Source of the DNA: Pristiophorus japonicus
Taxonomy: Eukaryota
DNA length: 64,000 nucleotides
Direction: 5' to 3'
Assembly: GCF_044704955.1 (NCBI RefSeq)
Contig: NC_091985.1
Span: forward strand, 108,872,001 to 108,936,000
Under the pieces are notes generated by a model. That model searched no databases. It had not been told where the DNA came from and was given only the letters and a program-made list of their open reading frames with translations. This document shows, one piece after another, positions 12,903 through 26,007 of this stretch; within the stretch, counting starts at the first letter, position 1; every line of letters starts with the position of its first letter. A program made the translations under genes and the position numbers.

Positions 12903-13386
12903 GGGTTCAAATGCTCTCGGACCAGTGTGCACAAATCTTCGTACGATTTCTTCATGGGTTTCGCTGGAGTGAGCAGATTCTTCATGGTGCCATAGGTTGG
13001 TGCCCCACAGACGGTGAGGAGGATCGCCCTTCGTTTGGCAGCGCTCTCTTCCCCATCTAGCTCGTTGGTCACGAAGTATTGGTCGAGTCGCTCCATAAAA
13101 GTTTCGCAATCATCTCCCTCTGAGAATTTCTCCAGGCTGCCCACTGTTCTCTGTATCTTTGGGTTCGCTATCTGTACCTCGTTGCCAGTTGTAGTGTATG
13201 GAGAAAGAGTCAGCTCAAAGCAAAGTGTGACCTTAGTCTTTTATTGCAGGTCTCCAGTGTGCCTCTCCAACTTGTGAAGCCTCATTAAATACCTGTGCTC
13301 CCAGAAGATTATGGAATCCCTTGGGACTCCAGGGGATGACCCTTCTGGTGGCTGTACAGAGTAAATACAAGTTTACATTTATAACA
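12903..13386 (-). mobile_element. Gypsy fragment: 5' LTR (13190-13386), PBS and gag N-terminus
   Basis: The LTR matches the 20161/24514 LTR type. PBS is TGGCAACGAGG. gag reads FSEGDDCETFMERLDQYF...REHLNP. Confidence 0.9.
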
Positions 13387-14080
13387 GATAGTATGCAGGT
13401 ACAGCAAATGATCAGGAAGGCCAATAGTATCTTGGCCTTTATTGCAAAGGGGATGGAGTATAAAAGCAGGGAAGTCTTGCGACAGCTATATAAGGTATTG
13501 GTGAGGCCACACCTGGAATACTGCGTGCAGTTTTGGTTTCCATATTTACGAAAGGATATATTTGCTTTGGAGTCATTTCAGAGAAGGTTCACTAGGTTCA
13601 TTCCGGGGACGAGGGGGTTGACTTATGAGGAAAGGTTGAGTAGGTTGGGCCTCCATTCATTGCAATTCAGAAGAATGAGAGGTGATCTTATCGAAACATA
13701 TAAGATTATGAGAGGACTTGACAAGATGAATGCAGAGAGGATGTTTCCACTGATGGGGGAGACTAGAACTAGAGGGCATGATCTGAGAATAAGGGGCCGC
13801 CCATTTAAAACATAGTTGAGGAGAAATTTCTTCTCTCAGAGGGTTGTAAATCTGTGGAATTCGGTGACTCAGAGAGCTGTGGAAACTGGGATATTGAATA
13901 AATTTAAGACAGAAATAGACAGTTTTTAAACGATAAGGGGATAAGGGCTTATGGGGAACAGGCGGGGAAGTGGAGCTGAGTCCATGATCAGATCAGCCAT
14001 GATCTTATTGAATGGCAGAGCAGGTTCGAGGGGCCGTATGGCCTACTCCTGCTCCTATTTCTTATGTTCTTATGTTCTTA
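13387..14080 (+). mobile_element. CR1 LINE 3' fragment
   Basis: ORF 13321..13815 contains VRPHLEYCVQFW and RRMRGDLI. Ends in (TTCTTATG)n. Confidence 0.92.
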
Positions 14081-14244
14081 TACTCAGCCACCTCCCTCCA
14101 GAGCCTTCTGAAATCCCGAAGAAATAGCATTTGTCCCCCTCCAGGCTGGAGGACGTTCCAGTGGCTCTTTACTGCCTCCGGCAAGGCATCAAGGGTGGTG
14201 GGTGACAAACGGGTAGGTAGCTGGCATCCTCCTTGCTCCTCCAT
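14081..14244 (-). pseudogene. Harbinger Myb/SANT gene, partial exon 1
   Basis: MEEQGG...LDALPEAVKSHWNVL...FRRLWREVAE aligns with exon 1 of 1962-2200. Confidence 0.7.
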
Positions 14245-14901
14245 TTTCGGGCGCTGAAGACCTTGTGGAGATGGAACTGAGCATGCGTAAACATGAGTTA
14301 CCGTGCCTTTAAGACGCGGTTGATCCCGAGATCTGACTCGGAGCTCCGCGCATGCGCAATAGGCGCACCAAATTTATCACACCCCCAGCTCTGGCATGCA
14401 ACAGCTGATTTTGCGCCCCTGCAGCTCGTCGCCCGATTCTGACGAATTTCTGGACGGAGGTTGCAAACTTTTTCAAGGCGCTAAAATTAGCGCTCCGCCT
14501 AGGTTACCGCCCCAAATGAGGCACGACCGAATTTCTCCCCCATAAAATTCTTAAGGGGCTTGACAGGGTAAATGCTGAGAAAATGTTTCCTCTGGCTGGG
14601 GAATCTAGAACATGGGGTCACAGTCTCAGACTAAGGGGTTGGCCATTTAGGACTTAAATGAGGAGAATTTTCTTCACTCAAAGGGTTGTGAATATTTGGA
14701 ATTCTCTACCTCAGAGAGCTGTGGATGCTCAGTCGTTGAATATATTCAAGACAGAGATCAATAAATTGTGGGGAAATAGGAGAATTAAGGAATATGAACA
14801 TAAGAACATAAGAACAAGAGAATTAGGAACAGGATTAGGCCATCTAGCCCCTCGAGCCTGCTCCGCCATTCAATAAGATCATGGCTGATCTGGCCGTGGA
14901 C

Positions 14902-17823
14902 TCAGCTCCACTTACCCGCCCTCTCCCCGTAACCCTTAATTCCCTTATTGGTTAAAAATCTATCTATCTGTGACTTGAATACATTCAATGAGCTTGCCTC
15001 AACTGCTTCCTTGGGCAGAGAATTCTACAGATTCACAACCCTCTGGGAGAAGAAATTCCTTCTCAACTCGGTTTTAAATTGGCTCCCCCGTATTTTGAGG
15101 CTGTGCCCCCTAGTTCTAGTCTCCCCGACCAGTGGAAACAACCTCTCTGCCTCTATCTTGTCTATCCCTTTCATTATTTTAAATGTTTCTATAAGATCAC
15201 CCCTCATCCTTCTGAACTCCAATGAGTAAAGACCCAGTCTACTCAATCTATCATCATAAGGTAACCCCCTCATCTCCGGAATCAGCCAAGTGAATCATCT
15301 CCGTACCCCTCCAAAGCTAGTATATCCTTCCTTAAGTAAGGTGACCAAAACTGCACGCAGTACTCCAGGTGCGGCCTGACCAATACCCTGTACAATTGCA
15401 GCAGGACCTCCCTGCTTTTGTACTCCATCCCTCTCTCAATGAAGGCCAACATTCCATTCACCTTCCTGATTACCTGCTGCACCTGCAAACTAAATTTTTG
15501 GGATTCATGCACAAGGACCCCCCAGGTCCCTCTGCACCGCAGCATGTTGTAATTTCTCCCCATTCAAATAATGTTCCCTTTTACTGTTTTTTTTCCCAAG
15601 GTGGATGACCTCACACTTTCCAACATTGTATTCCATCTGCCAAACCTTAGCCCATTCGCTTAACCTATCTAAATCTCTTTGCAGCCTCTCTGTGTCCTCT
15701 ACACAACCCACTTTCCCACTAATCTTTGTGTCATCTGCAAATTTTGTTACACTACACTCTGTCCCCTCTTCCAGGTCATCTATGTATATTGTAAACAGTT
15801 GTGGTCCCAGCACCGATCCCTGTGGCACACCACTAACCACCGATTTCCAACCGGAAAAGGACCCATTTATCCCGACTCTCTGCTTTCTGTTAGCCAGCCA
15901 ATTCTCTATCCATGCTAATACATTTCCTCTGACTCCGCGTACCTCTAGCTTCTGCAGTAACCTTCTGTGTGGCACCTTATCGAATGCCTTTTGAAAATCT
16001 AAATACACCACACCCATCAGTACACCTCTATCCACCATGCTTGTTATATCCTCAAAGAATTCCAGTAAATTAGTTAAACATGATTTCCCCTTCATGAATC
16101 CATGCTGCGTCTGCTTGATTGCACTATTCCTATCTAGATGTCCCGCTATTTCTTCCTTAATGATAGTTTCAAGCATTTTCCCCACTACAGATGTTAAACT
16201 AACCGGCCTATAGTTACCTGCCTTTTGTCTGCCCCCTTTTTTAAACAGAGGCATTACATTAGCTGCTTTCCAATCCGCTGGTACCTCCCCAGAGTCCAGA
16301 GAATTTTGGTAGATTATAACGAATGTATCTGCTATAACTTCCGCCATCTCTTTTAATACCCTGGGATGCATTTCATCAGGACCAGGTGACTTGTCTGCCT
16401 TGAGATCCATTAGCCTGTCCAGCACTACCCCACCAGTGATAGTGATTGTCTCAAGGTCCTCCCTTCCCACATTCCTGTGACCAGCAATTTTTGGCATGGT
16501 TTTTGTGTCTTCCACTGTGCAGACCGAAGCAAAATAATTGTTTAAGGTCTCAGCCATTTCCACATTTCCCATTATTAAATCCCTCTTCTCATCTTCTAAG
16601 GGACCAACATTTACTTTCGTCATTCTTTTCCGTTTTATATATCGGTAAAAGCTTTTACTATCTGTTTTTATGTTTTGCGCAAGTTTACCTTCGTAATCTA
16701 TCTTCCCTTTCTTTATTGCTTTTTTAGTCATTCTTTGCTGTTGTTTAAAGTTTTCCCAATCCTCTAGTTTCCCACTAATCTTGGCCACCTTACACGCATT
16801 GGTCTTTGATTTGATACTCTCCTTTATTTCCTTGATTATCCATGGCTGGTTATCCCTTCTCTTACCGCCATTCTTTTTCACTGGAATATATTTTTGTTGA
16901 GCACTATGAAAGAGCTCCTTAAAAGTCCTCCACTGTTCCTCAATTGTGCCACCGATTAGTCTGTGTTTCCAGTCTACTTTAGCCAACTCTGCCCTCATCC
17001 CACTGTAGTCCCTTTTGTTTAAGCATAGTACGCTCATTTCTGACACAACTTCCTCACCCTCAATCTGTATTACAAATTCAACCATACTCTGATCACTCAT
17101 TCCGAGAGGATCTTTTACGAGGAGAACATTTATTTTTCCTGTCTCATTACACAGGACCAGATCTAAGATACCTTGCTCCCTTGTAAGTTCTGTTACATAC
17201 TGTTCTAAGAAACAATCCCGTATGCATTCTATGAATTCGTCCTCCAGGCTACCCCGTGCGATTTGAGTTGACCAATCAATATGTAGGTTAAAATCCCCCA
17301 TGACTACTGCCATTCCTTTTTCACATGCCTCCATTATTCCCTTGATTATTGCCTGCCCCACGGTGAAGTTATTATTTGGGGGCCGATAAACTACACCCAC
17401 CAGTGACTTTTTCCCCTTACTATCTCTAATCTCCACCCACAATGATTCAACATTTTGTTCATTAGAGCCAATATCGTCTCTCACAACTGCCCTGATATCA
17501 TCCTTTATGAACAGAGCTACCCCACCTCCTTTCCCTTCTTGTCTATCTTTCCGAATCGTCAGATACCCCTGTATGTTTAATTCCCAGTCTTGGCCACCAT
17601 GCAACCATGTTTCTGTAATGGCCACCAAATCATACCCATTTGTAATGATTTGTGCCATCAACTCATTTACTTTATTTCGAATGCTGCATGCATTTAGGTA
17701 GAGTGTTTTAATCCTAGTTTTTAAACCATGATTTTTAGTTTTGACCCCTCCTGCAGCCCCTTTATATTCAGTGGCCCTTTTTGTTTTTTGCCTTGGGTTT
17801 CTCTGCCCTCCACTTTTACTCAT
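14902..17823 (-). pseudogene. CR1 ORF2: apurinic endonuclease plus reverse transcriptase; 772-aa open segment 15505-17823, with frameshifts in the C-terminus
   Basis: Motifs LYLNACSI, ITETWL, GGGVA, VYRPP, GDFN, LDLV, KSPGPD, NYRPVSLTS, QHGF, DFQKAFD, GVPQGSVLGP, FADD. Confidence 0.95.
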
Positions 17824-17900
17824 CTCCTTTCTGTCTTTTGCTTTTGTCTCCTTTTTGTTTCCCTCTGTCTCCCTGTATTGGTTCCCATCCCCCTGCCATA

Positions 17901-18516
17901 TTAGTTTAACTCCTCCCCAACAGCACTAGCAAACACTCCCCCTAGGACATTTGTTCCAGTCCTGCCCAGGTGCAGACCGTCCGGTTTGTACTGGTCCCAC
18001 CTCCCCCAGAACCTGTTCCAATGCCCCAGGAATTTGAATCCCTCCCTGCTGCACCTCTGCTTAAGCCACGTATTCATCTGCACGATCCTGCGATTCCTAC
18101 TCTAACTAGCACGTGGCACTGGTAGCAATCCCGAGATTACTACTTTTGAGGTCCTACTTTTTAATTTAGCTCCTAGCTCCTTAAATTCGTCTCATAGGAC
18201 CTCATCCCTTTTTTTAACCTATGTCGTTGGTACCAATGTGCACCACGACAACTGGCTGTTCTCCCTCCCTTTTTAGAATGTCCTGCACCTGCTCTGAGAC
18301 ATCCTTGACCCTTGCACCAGGGAGGCAACATACCATCCTGGAGTCTCGGTTGCGGCCGCAGAAACGCCTATCAATTCCCCTTACAATTGAATCCCCTATC
18401 ACTATCGCTCTCCCACTCTTTTTCCTGCCCTCCTGTGCAACAGAGCCAGCCACGGTGCCATGAACTTGGCTGCTGCTGCCCTCCCCTGATGAGTCATCCC
18501 CCTCAACAGTACTCAA
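17901..18516 (-). pseudogene. CR1 ORF1 SGNH/GDSL esterase domain
   Basis: VIGDSIVRG (block I), CLPGARV, VHIGTND (block III), DGLHL (block V). An esterase in ORF1 is established for some CR1-clade LINEs. Confidence 0.88.
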
Positions 18517-18789
18517 AGCATTGTATCTGTTTTGCAGGGGGATGACTTTATAAATATATGCACACTATCATCCTTTGGGCACTGTTAGGAAGACTCAACA
18601 TCAGTTCCAAAGACGCACTCATACTTAAATGATCCTACCAAACCACCTGCGGCCCTCTTAAATAACAATACACTACTATACTCCTACATCTGTAATGTTT
18701 TAGATCCACAGCCTGTACTTGGTTATCTGATTTCAATCAGGGCAGGAGGAAAGATGTTGCAGTTGGACAGAGCATCCCCAGCTAGCGAG

Positions 18790-19010
18790 AGAAAATCAGC
18801 CAAAGTTTCCACTCTTCAACTTGATCCAATGAACTCTGTGTGAGACAGGTGAGAACTGAGCCAAATGTGGCTGTGTTGACACCCACGATCAAATAGCCTA
18901 GCCTCCCTCACATGTGAAGAATGTACCATGGGTGAGGTGTTCGGGTCCTGCTGGCAACTGTGCAACTGTACCTCAGGGTGATCAGTCTCTGTGAGGGAAG
19001 AGGGGAGAAA
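18790..19010 (+). repeat. Degenerate SINE-like interspersed repeat
   Basis: CACGATCAAATAGCCT...GTGAAGAATG...GGGAAGAGGGGAGAAA resembles a recurrent shark repeat. From memory only. Confidence 0.3.
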
Positions 19011-20160
19011 GTAATCAAGTAGAACTCTGTGGGATAAAACACTGGTGCCGGTAAAGGGGCAAGAGGCTTCATGCAAGGAAGAACTAGGAAGAACTGAAGA
19101 GACTAATTGAGTCTGACTTGTCAATCTAAATGACTAAATACAAACAAACACATAGCGGGTTTGTCAAGAAATGTTCTGCTTGTATTAGAATTACACTTGG
19201 ATCAGTGCATCTATAAACTGTGGCTAAAAATAGACAAAAGTTGGCAAAGCTTTGTACCACATCCATTTAAGCTTTCATTCAATAATTCAATCCAAGTGCA
19301 GATGATATAAAATCACTAAAACAAAAACATTCATTTTACACAAAAGTCTTTAGATTTGTAAAATGTGCCTTTTGATTGTAATGTATTAGTGAATTGACAA
19401 TATTGGTTATGAAGTGTTACAGAAATTAAGGGGGTGAAATTGGATTCGGCCTGAAAATGACCATGGGGATCGCAAATGCGCAATCTGCTTGCGCCCGTTG
19501 AAAGTAGTGTAGGCAGCACTCAAAATTTGTGCTGTCTGCTCATTAGCTTGATTGCAACATTGAGCCCAGGGCTATGCATAATGCTGGTTGGATCAGCGCT
19601 CAACAGAGGACCAATATCGGGTGCAGTATACGCCTCAATTAAAGTTTGCCTAAAGAGTGAAGACTGTCTGCACATCTTAAAGGGAAGGTGCTTTTTTGCA
19701 GGAGTACCTCATTGTCACTATAGCTGCAGCAATGGCACAACAGATGAGAGAAAGGACACCACATTTCTCTGATGCAGTACTGGAATCCTTGGTTCAGGGG
19801 GTCTATAGAAGAAGGCAGCTCCTCTCCCCACAGGGGAGAAGGAGGCCTTCGAGACATACAATTGGAGGACATTGCACAAGCTGTCAGTGCCACCAGTGTT
19901 GTCACCAGGAACTGCTTCCAATCCCAGAAGTTTAATGACTTTACATGAGTGGTCAAAGTGAGTGAATGCATCTTCAAAATGCCATATCCCACCAACTGCA
20001 CCACTAGTCTCAAACATTGCTCAATGCATCACACCCCTATCAAACACCTACCAACAATCTCTTGCAATCACGACTCATACCTCACAATCATAGTTTCACC
20101 TCACCCTCACATACTTACCATTGCTGCATACCTTATATCCACATCTCACACCTTGCACAC

Positions 20161-23100
20161 TGTTGTGTATGGAGAAAAAGTCAGACTGAACACTGTGAGC
20201 TCAAAGTAAAGTGTGACCTTAGTCTTTTATTGCAGGTCTCCAGTGTGCTTCTCCAACCTGTGAAGCCTCCTTAAATACCTGAGCTCCCAAGGGATTATGG
20301 GATCCCTTGGGATGAACAGTCTGGTGGCTATACAGAGTAAATACAAGTATACACATATAACAACACTGCCCCCCCCCCACCAAAGTCAATAGTGTAACTA
20401 TTTACAATGTGAGTCGATCTGGGGCCCTTCTTGCCCTGGTTGATCGTCTCGGTGTGAAAGCTGGTGTTGTTGAATCATTTGTTGAGCCCTCGCTGAGTTG
20501 CTGTTCAGCTGGCCTTACTGGGCTGCCTGGTGTGTTGGGCCCTGCTGGGCTGCTGTGGATGATGGGTTCTGCTTCGTGGTCGATCGTGGTGCCGGTTGCC
20601 ACTGGTGTGTATATTGGGGGATCAAAAAAGGTAGGGTCCAAGATGGGTTGCTCAGGATAGTCCGTGAATCTGAGTTTGATTTAGTCCAAGTGTTTCCGGT
20701 GAATAAGTCCATTTGAAAGTTTGACCTGAAACACCCTGCTCCCCTCTTTGGCCATGACAGTGCCGGGAAGCCACTTGGGACCTTGTCCATAATTTAATAC
20801 AAATACAGGATCATTGATTTCAATCTCACGTGACACATTTGCGCTATCATGGTATGCACTTTGTTGAAGCCGCCTGCTCTCTATCTGTTCATGTAGATCA
20901 GGGTGAACTAACGAGAGCCTTGTCTTAAGTGCTCTTTTCATGAGCAGTTCAGCAGGTGGGATCCCAGTGAGTGAGTGGGGTCTCGTGCGGTAGCTAAGCA
21001 GGACTCAGGATAGGCGAGTCTGCAGTAAGCCTTCAGTTACCCTCTTTAAGCCCTGCTTGATGGTTTGCACTGCTCTCTCTGCCTGACCATTGGACGCTGG
21101 TTTAAATGTGGCAGATGTGACATGTTTGATCCTGTTACGGCTCATGAATTCTTTGAACTCAGCACTGGTAAAACATGGCCCGTTGTCGCTCACCAGGACT
21201 TCGGGTAGGTCGTGTGTGGCAAACATGGTCCGCAGGCTTTCAGTAGTGGCAGCGGATGTGCTAGCCGACATTATTTCACATTAAATCCACTTGGAGTAAG
21301 CGTCTACAACCACAAGGAACATTTTACCCAAGAACGGGCCTGCATAGTCGACGTGTACCCTAGACCACGGTTTGGAGGGCCAAGACCATAAACATAGCGA
21401 CGCCTCCCAGGGTACATTGCTTAACTGCGAGCATGTATTACATCTGTGAACGCAGGATTCTAAGTCCGCATTGATACCGGGCCACCACACGTGGGATCTG
21501 GCTCTCGCTTTCATCATTACGATGCCTGAGTGGGTACTGTGGAGGTCATTGATGAAGGTGTCTCTGCCCTTCTTGGGGACCACTACTCAATTGCCCCACA
21601 GAAGGCAGTCTGCCTGTATAGATATTTCATCTTTGCGCCACTGGTATGGCTTTATCTCTTGCTACATTTCCACTGGGACACTGGACCAGCTCCCGTGAAG
21701 CACACAGCTTTTGACTAGAGATAATATGGGATCATGGCTTGTCCAGGTTTTGACCTGCTGGGCAGTGACAGGTGATTGCTCACTCTCAAATGCTTCCATA
21801 ATCATGGCTAGCTCTGTGGGCTGCGCCATTTCCACTCCAGTGGTGGGCAATGGCAGCCTACTGAGAGCATCGGCGCAGTTTTCTGTGCCTGGCCTGTGGC
21901 GAATGGCGTAGTTGTATGCGGACAACATGAGCGCCCATCTCTGGATGCGGGCCGATGTATTGGTATTTATCCCTTTACTCACGGAGAACAGGGATATAAG
22001 TGGCTTATGGTCAGTTTCCAATTCGAATTTTAGCCCAAACAGGTATTGATGCATTTTCTTTACCCCATAGACACAAGCTAATATTTCTTTCTCAATCATG
22101 CTGTAGGCTCTCTCAGCCTTAGACAGACTCCTGGATGCATTACCAACCAGTTGCAGTTTCCCGAAATCATGAGCTTGTTGCAATACACATCTGACGCCAC
22201 ATGGCGACACATCACATGCTAGTACCAAACGCTAACATGGATCATACAACACAAGCAATTTGTTTGAGCCTAACAATTTTCTTGCTTTTACAAAGGCATT
22301 TTCTTGGTTTTTGCCCCAAACCCATTCGTCCCCTTTTCGTAGTAAGATATGCAGTGGTTCTAACAGGGTGCTGAGACCCGGTAAGAAGGTACAAAAGGCG
22401 TTCAGGAGTCCCAGAAACGACCGCAGCTCCGTCACGTTCTGTTGCCTCGGTGCATTCTTGATTGCCTCCGTCTTCGTGTTGGTGGGCCTGATGCCGCCTG
22501 CCGCAATCCTCCTTCCCAGGAACTCCACTTCAGGCGCCAGGAAAACGCATTTGTTCGAGCATTTTAACCTGAGCCCCACACAGTTGAGTCGACTAAGAAC
22601 CTCCTCCAGGTTCTGCAGATGCTCGACTGTGTTCCGACCTGTGACCAAGATGTCGTCCTGGAAGACCACGGTGTGCGGGACCAACTTCAGTAAACTTTCC
22701 ATGTTTCTCTGGAATATTGTCGCCGCCGATTGGATTCCAAATGGGCATCTGTTATAAACAAAAAGAATTTGTGCGTGTTGATGCAGGTGAGGGCCTTCGA
22801 TGATTCCTCCAGTTCCTGCGGCATGTAGGCTGAAGTCAGATCCAGCTTCATGAAAGTCTTTCCTCCCGCCAGCGTTGCAAAGAGCTTGTCGGCCTTTGGT
22901 AGTGGGTATTGGTCCTGCAGGGAGAAACGATTGATAGTTACTTTGTAATCGCCACAGATTCTGACAGTGCCATCTCCCTTGAGGACTGGGACGATAGGAC
23001 TGGCCCACTCGTTGAACTCGATCGGTGAAATAATGCCCTCTCTTTCCAGCCGGTCCAGCTCGATCTCTACCCTTTCTCCCATCATGTACGGTACTGCTCT

Positions 23101-24723
23101 CGCCTTGTGATGGATGGGTCGTGCCCCCGAAATTAGATGGATCTGCATTTTTGCTCTTTGGAATTTCCAAATGCCTGGTTCGAACAGCGAAGGAAATTTG
23201 TTTAAGACATGGACACACGAAGTGTCATCAGTGGGCAATAGCACTCGGACGTCGTCCCAGTTCCAGCGTAACTTTCCCAGCCAGCTCCTGCCGAGCAGCG
23301 TGGGACCATCGCCCGGTACCACCCAGAATGGTAGCTTGTGCACCGTTCCATCATAGGAGACTTTTACGGTAGCATTGCCGATTACAGGAATCAGTTCTTT
23401 TGTGTAAGTTCTTAGTTTCGTGCGAACTGGAGTTAAGACTGGCCTTGAGGCCTTGTTGTACCGCAACCTTTCGAAAGTATTTTTGCCCATGATGGACTGG
23501 CTCGTGCCCATGTCCGTCTCCATTGACACTGGGACTCCATTTCGTTCAACATTCAGCATTATCGGGGGCAATTCGTGGTGAATGTGTGCACCCCATATAC
23601 CTCTGCCTCCTCGATCTGAGGCTCTGGTTCGTCGTGATCCTCCATGGATCTGTCCTTCTCTGCAACATGGTGGTTTACAGGTTTAACAGGCTTTGCAGCT
23701 CGCCTGCACACTCTTTGGAGGTGTCCCATTGTTCCGCAGCCCTTGCAAACGTACTCTTTGAATCGGCATGAATGGAAACGATGATCACCCCCGCAGCGCC
23801 AACAAAGTGTTAATGGCCTTGCATTCATCAACCTTGATGGTGGACTCTGAGTCATCTGCGGATGTGTAGCTGCAGGTATGTGTGACCTGCCCTGTATGTT
23901 ATGATTCAAAAACAACATCACTTTGTTCACAGTACTTGTAGCAGCATTTGTGTGCTGAGAGATTTGCTTAGTATTGTCACTAGTGGCAATGACGCCTGGG
24001 CTATCGCTATGGCCTTACTCAAAGTTGGGGTCTCTACAGTCAAAAGTTTGTGAAGTATGGTTTCGTGGCCAATGCCAAGTTCGAAAAAGTCTCTGAGCAT
24101 GTGCTCCAAATGTCCTTCAAATTCGCAATGTCCTGCAAGGCGTCTTAGCTCGGTGACGTAACTTGCCACTTCCTGGCTTTCAGACCTTTTGTCGGTGTAG
24201 AACCAGTACCTCGCCATCAGAACGCTTTCCTTCAGGTTCAAATGCTCTTGGACCAGTGTGCACAAATTGTCATACGATTTCTCCATGGGTTTCGTTGGAG
24301 ATTCTTCATGAGGCCATACGTTGGTGCCCCACAGACGGTGAGGAGGATCGCCCTTCGTTTGGCAGCGTTCTCTTCCCCATCTAGCTCGTTGGCCACGAAG
24401 TATTGGTCGAGTCGCTCCACAAAAGTTTCCCAATCATCTCCCTCCAAGAATTTCTCCAGGATGCCCACTGTTCTCTGCATCTTTGTGTTCGCTATCCATA
24501 TCTCATTGCCAGTTGCTGTATGGAGAAAGAGTCAGACTGAACACTGTGAGCTCAAAGTAAAGTGTGACCTTAGTCTTTTATTGCAGGTCTCCAGAGTGCC
24601 TCTCCAACCTGTGAAGCCTCCTTAAATACCTGTGCTCCAAAGGGATTATGGGATCCCTTGGGACTCCAGGGGATGAGCCCTCTGGTGGCTATACAGAGTA
24701 AATACAAGTATACATATATAACA
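20161..24723 (-). mobile_element. Full-length Gypsy LTR retrotransposon (LTRs 20161-20362 and 24514-24723), TSD CACAC
   Basis: Paired TG..CA LTRs, 5-bp TSD, PBS TGGCAATGAG, G-rich PPT at ~20364-20381, and domain order gag-PR-RT-RH-IN. Confidence 0.97.
20402..24480 (-). pseudogene. pol: Gypsy gag-pol (gag with 2 CCHC, protease, RT, RNase H, integrase) with multiple frameshifts and stops
   Basis: Motifs CWRCGGDH...CKGCGTMGH, ETDMGTS, WASPIVPV, RICGDYK, FQDD, CDVSP, ETDHKPL, HVDYAGP, SDNG, SNGQAER. Confidence 0.93.
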
Positions 24724-24867
24724 CACACAATGACAGCTATTCAACTGTGACAGGCACATCACTCAAACACATTGTGCCACACTCATTGACACACTTTCCT
24801 TTCTCTTGCAGGAAAAGGTGGCACATAACCGCTAACAATATCAGTTAACACGGGGGCCAGGAAGGGA

Positions 24868-25560
24868 AGTTGGGTGATCAGCAGTTTGGTGAGAATAGGG
24901 GTGATGGAGCAGGTGAGTCTCATGTACAAAATGATCTCAGAGAGGACAAAAGGGGAGTTAGAAGAGAAACTAGAGAATGATATGATTCCGGGCGAGGACT
25001 GGGGGTAACATTGGAGGAAGTTTGGCCCGGTGGGTTAAGTGAAGGGAGGGAAGCGGCAGAGGCCGCTGAACGGATGGTCTCAATCTTAGTGACAAAGAAG
25101 TCCATGAGCTCCTCGCACATTGCTGGAAGTAAGGGTGGAGGAGTCAGGGAAGAGGGGTTTAAAAGATGGTTTGCAGTAGAGAAAAGAAGACGGGATTATC
25201 TTCGCATTCCAGGATGATGCTGAAATAGTGAGCAGTTTTGGCAGAGGAGAGCAGGACCTGGCAATGCTTCATGTGGTCCAGCCAGATTTGCAATGAATGG
25301 CTAAACCGTTGTCCGCTATATACATTCAAGTCTGCATCCCTTGGACTTAGGAGCCAAGATGAGGGCCGTACCAGTGGGAACGACCAGGGTGAGAGAGAGT
25401 AATGGTTTTAATAGAGACTAGGGCATCAAAGGTGGAGTTGAGGGTGTGGTGGAGCAGATTGCAGAAATGTTGTGGTAAATGGAGGGCCAACGGCTGGACA
25501 GGTGGGGTTTTGTAAATGAAATGGGAGAGTTTTTTCCAGGGGCAGGTACAGATGGTAGTA
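24868..25560 (-). mobile_element. L2-clade LINE ORF2 fragment
   Basis: CEELMDFFVTKIETIRS and the upstream YFSIILEC..NP.LLFST segment are typical of the L2 region between EN and RT. Confidence 0.7.
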
Positions 25561-25732
25561 GTGTTGGGAGGGAGAAGATCAGTTTTGGATTGCAGTTCCT
25601 GCTGTTATGTAAGAAAAGTGTACAAATCTAGATCCCACAAGAGCAAGTGAATGAATGATGAAGTGATGGTCCTGAAAGTGTATGGTTTGTGATCTTAGAG
25701 TTAGTTTGCTGGGTCAGTGGGCGGGTACTTAT

Positions 25733-25880
25733 ATAGAATTACATCCTGGACAAGCTGTTCGGCCTAATCAGGCTGTGTTGGTGTTTATCCTCCACATGAG
25801 CAGCAGTCCTAAACCCAAATGTCCACCCTGATCCCATATCCATTTATCCCCCGAGAATCGTCTATCTAACCTTTTTTAAT
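25733..25880 (-). repeat. Old CR1 3' tail remnant
   Basis: ATAGAATTTACA...TTCGGCCTAATCAG...GGTGTTTATCCTCCACATGAGC...CCCATATCC. Confidence 0.55.
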
Positions 25881-26007
25881 GAGTTTTCAGAGCTCCAAAC
25901 CAATCATTGAACCAACATTTTGGAATAAATTTTAATGAATGCTTAGTAAAAGCATTGACCAGCCATTAATATTAACCTCTTAAATCTTGGAGTATATAGA
26001 TTCTTTT

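Larger units (their letters stand above)
10768..14541. mobile_element. Harbinger transposon 2 (transposase +, Myb -), internally deleted and carrying nested CR1, Gypsy and other insertions
   Basis: Left end GCTGGATTTTCAG and right end GAATTTCTCCCCC interrupt CR1 ORF2 between GDLI and KILKG. Contains a transposase remnant and Myb exon 1. Confidence 0.8.
9515..14797 (+). mobile_element. Old CR1 LINE 3' fragment split into three pieces (9515-9553, ~10650-10767, 14542-14797) by later insertions
   Basis: Joined, the pieces read ...SPY.RKDI.../QRRFT...FRRMRGDLI/KILKGLDRV...FFTQRVVNIWNSLP, the CR1 ORF2 C-terminus. Confidence 0.75.
14798..18548 (-). mobile_element. Near full-length CR1 LINE (5'-truncated within ORF1)
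   Basis: ORF1 esterase remnant, long ORF2 (APE-RT), and 3' UTR with AACATAAGAACATAAG tail. Confidence 0.96.
19430..24865 (+). mobile_element. Harbinger transposon 3: left end and Myb gene (exon 1 19732-19957, exon 2 from 24812); right part lost; Gypsy in intron 1
   Basis: TAA is followed by the terminus GGGGGTGAAATTG. Exon 1 reads MAQQMRERTPHFSDAVLESLV...WEDIAQAV...QKFNDF, then donor GTGAGT. Acceptor TCTTGCAG is followed by EKVAHNR. Confidence 0.8.

Noticed and set aside
12857-13144. Gag fused to a Harbinger Myb C-terminal tail downstream of an LTR, as a chimeric gene
   Set aside because: It is a deletion junction. The gag ATG is mutated (ATA), the product would be <100 aa, and there is no sign of selection.
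17901-18516. SGNH esterase as a captured host or novel gene
   Set aside because: A known ORF1 domain of CR1-clade LINEs, in its normal position upstream of ORF2.
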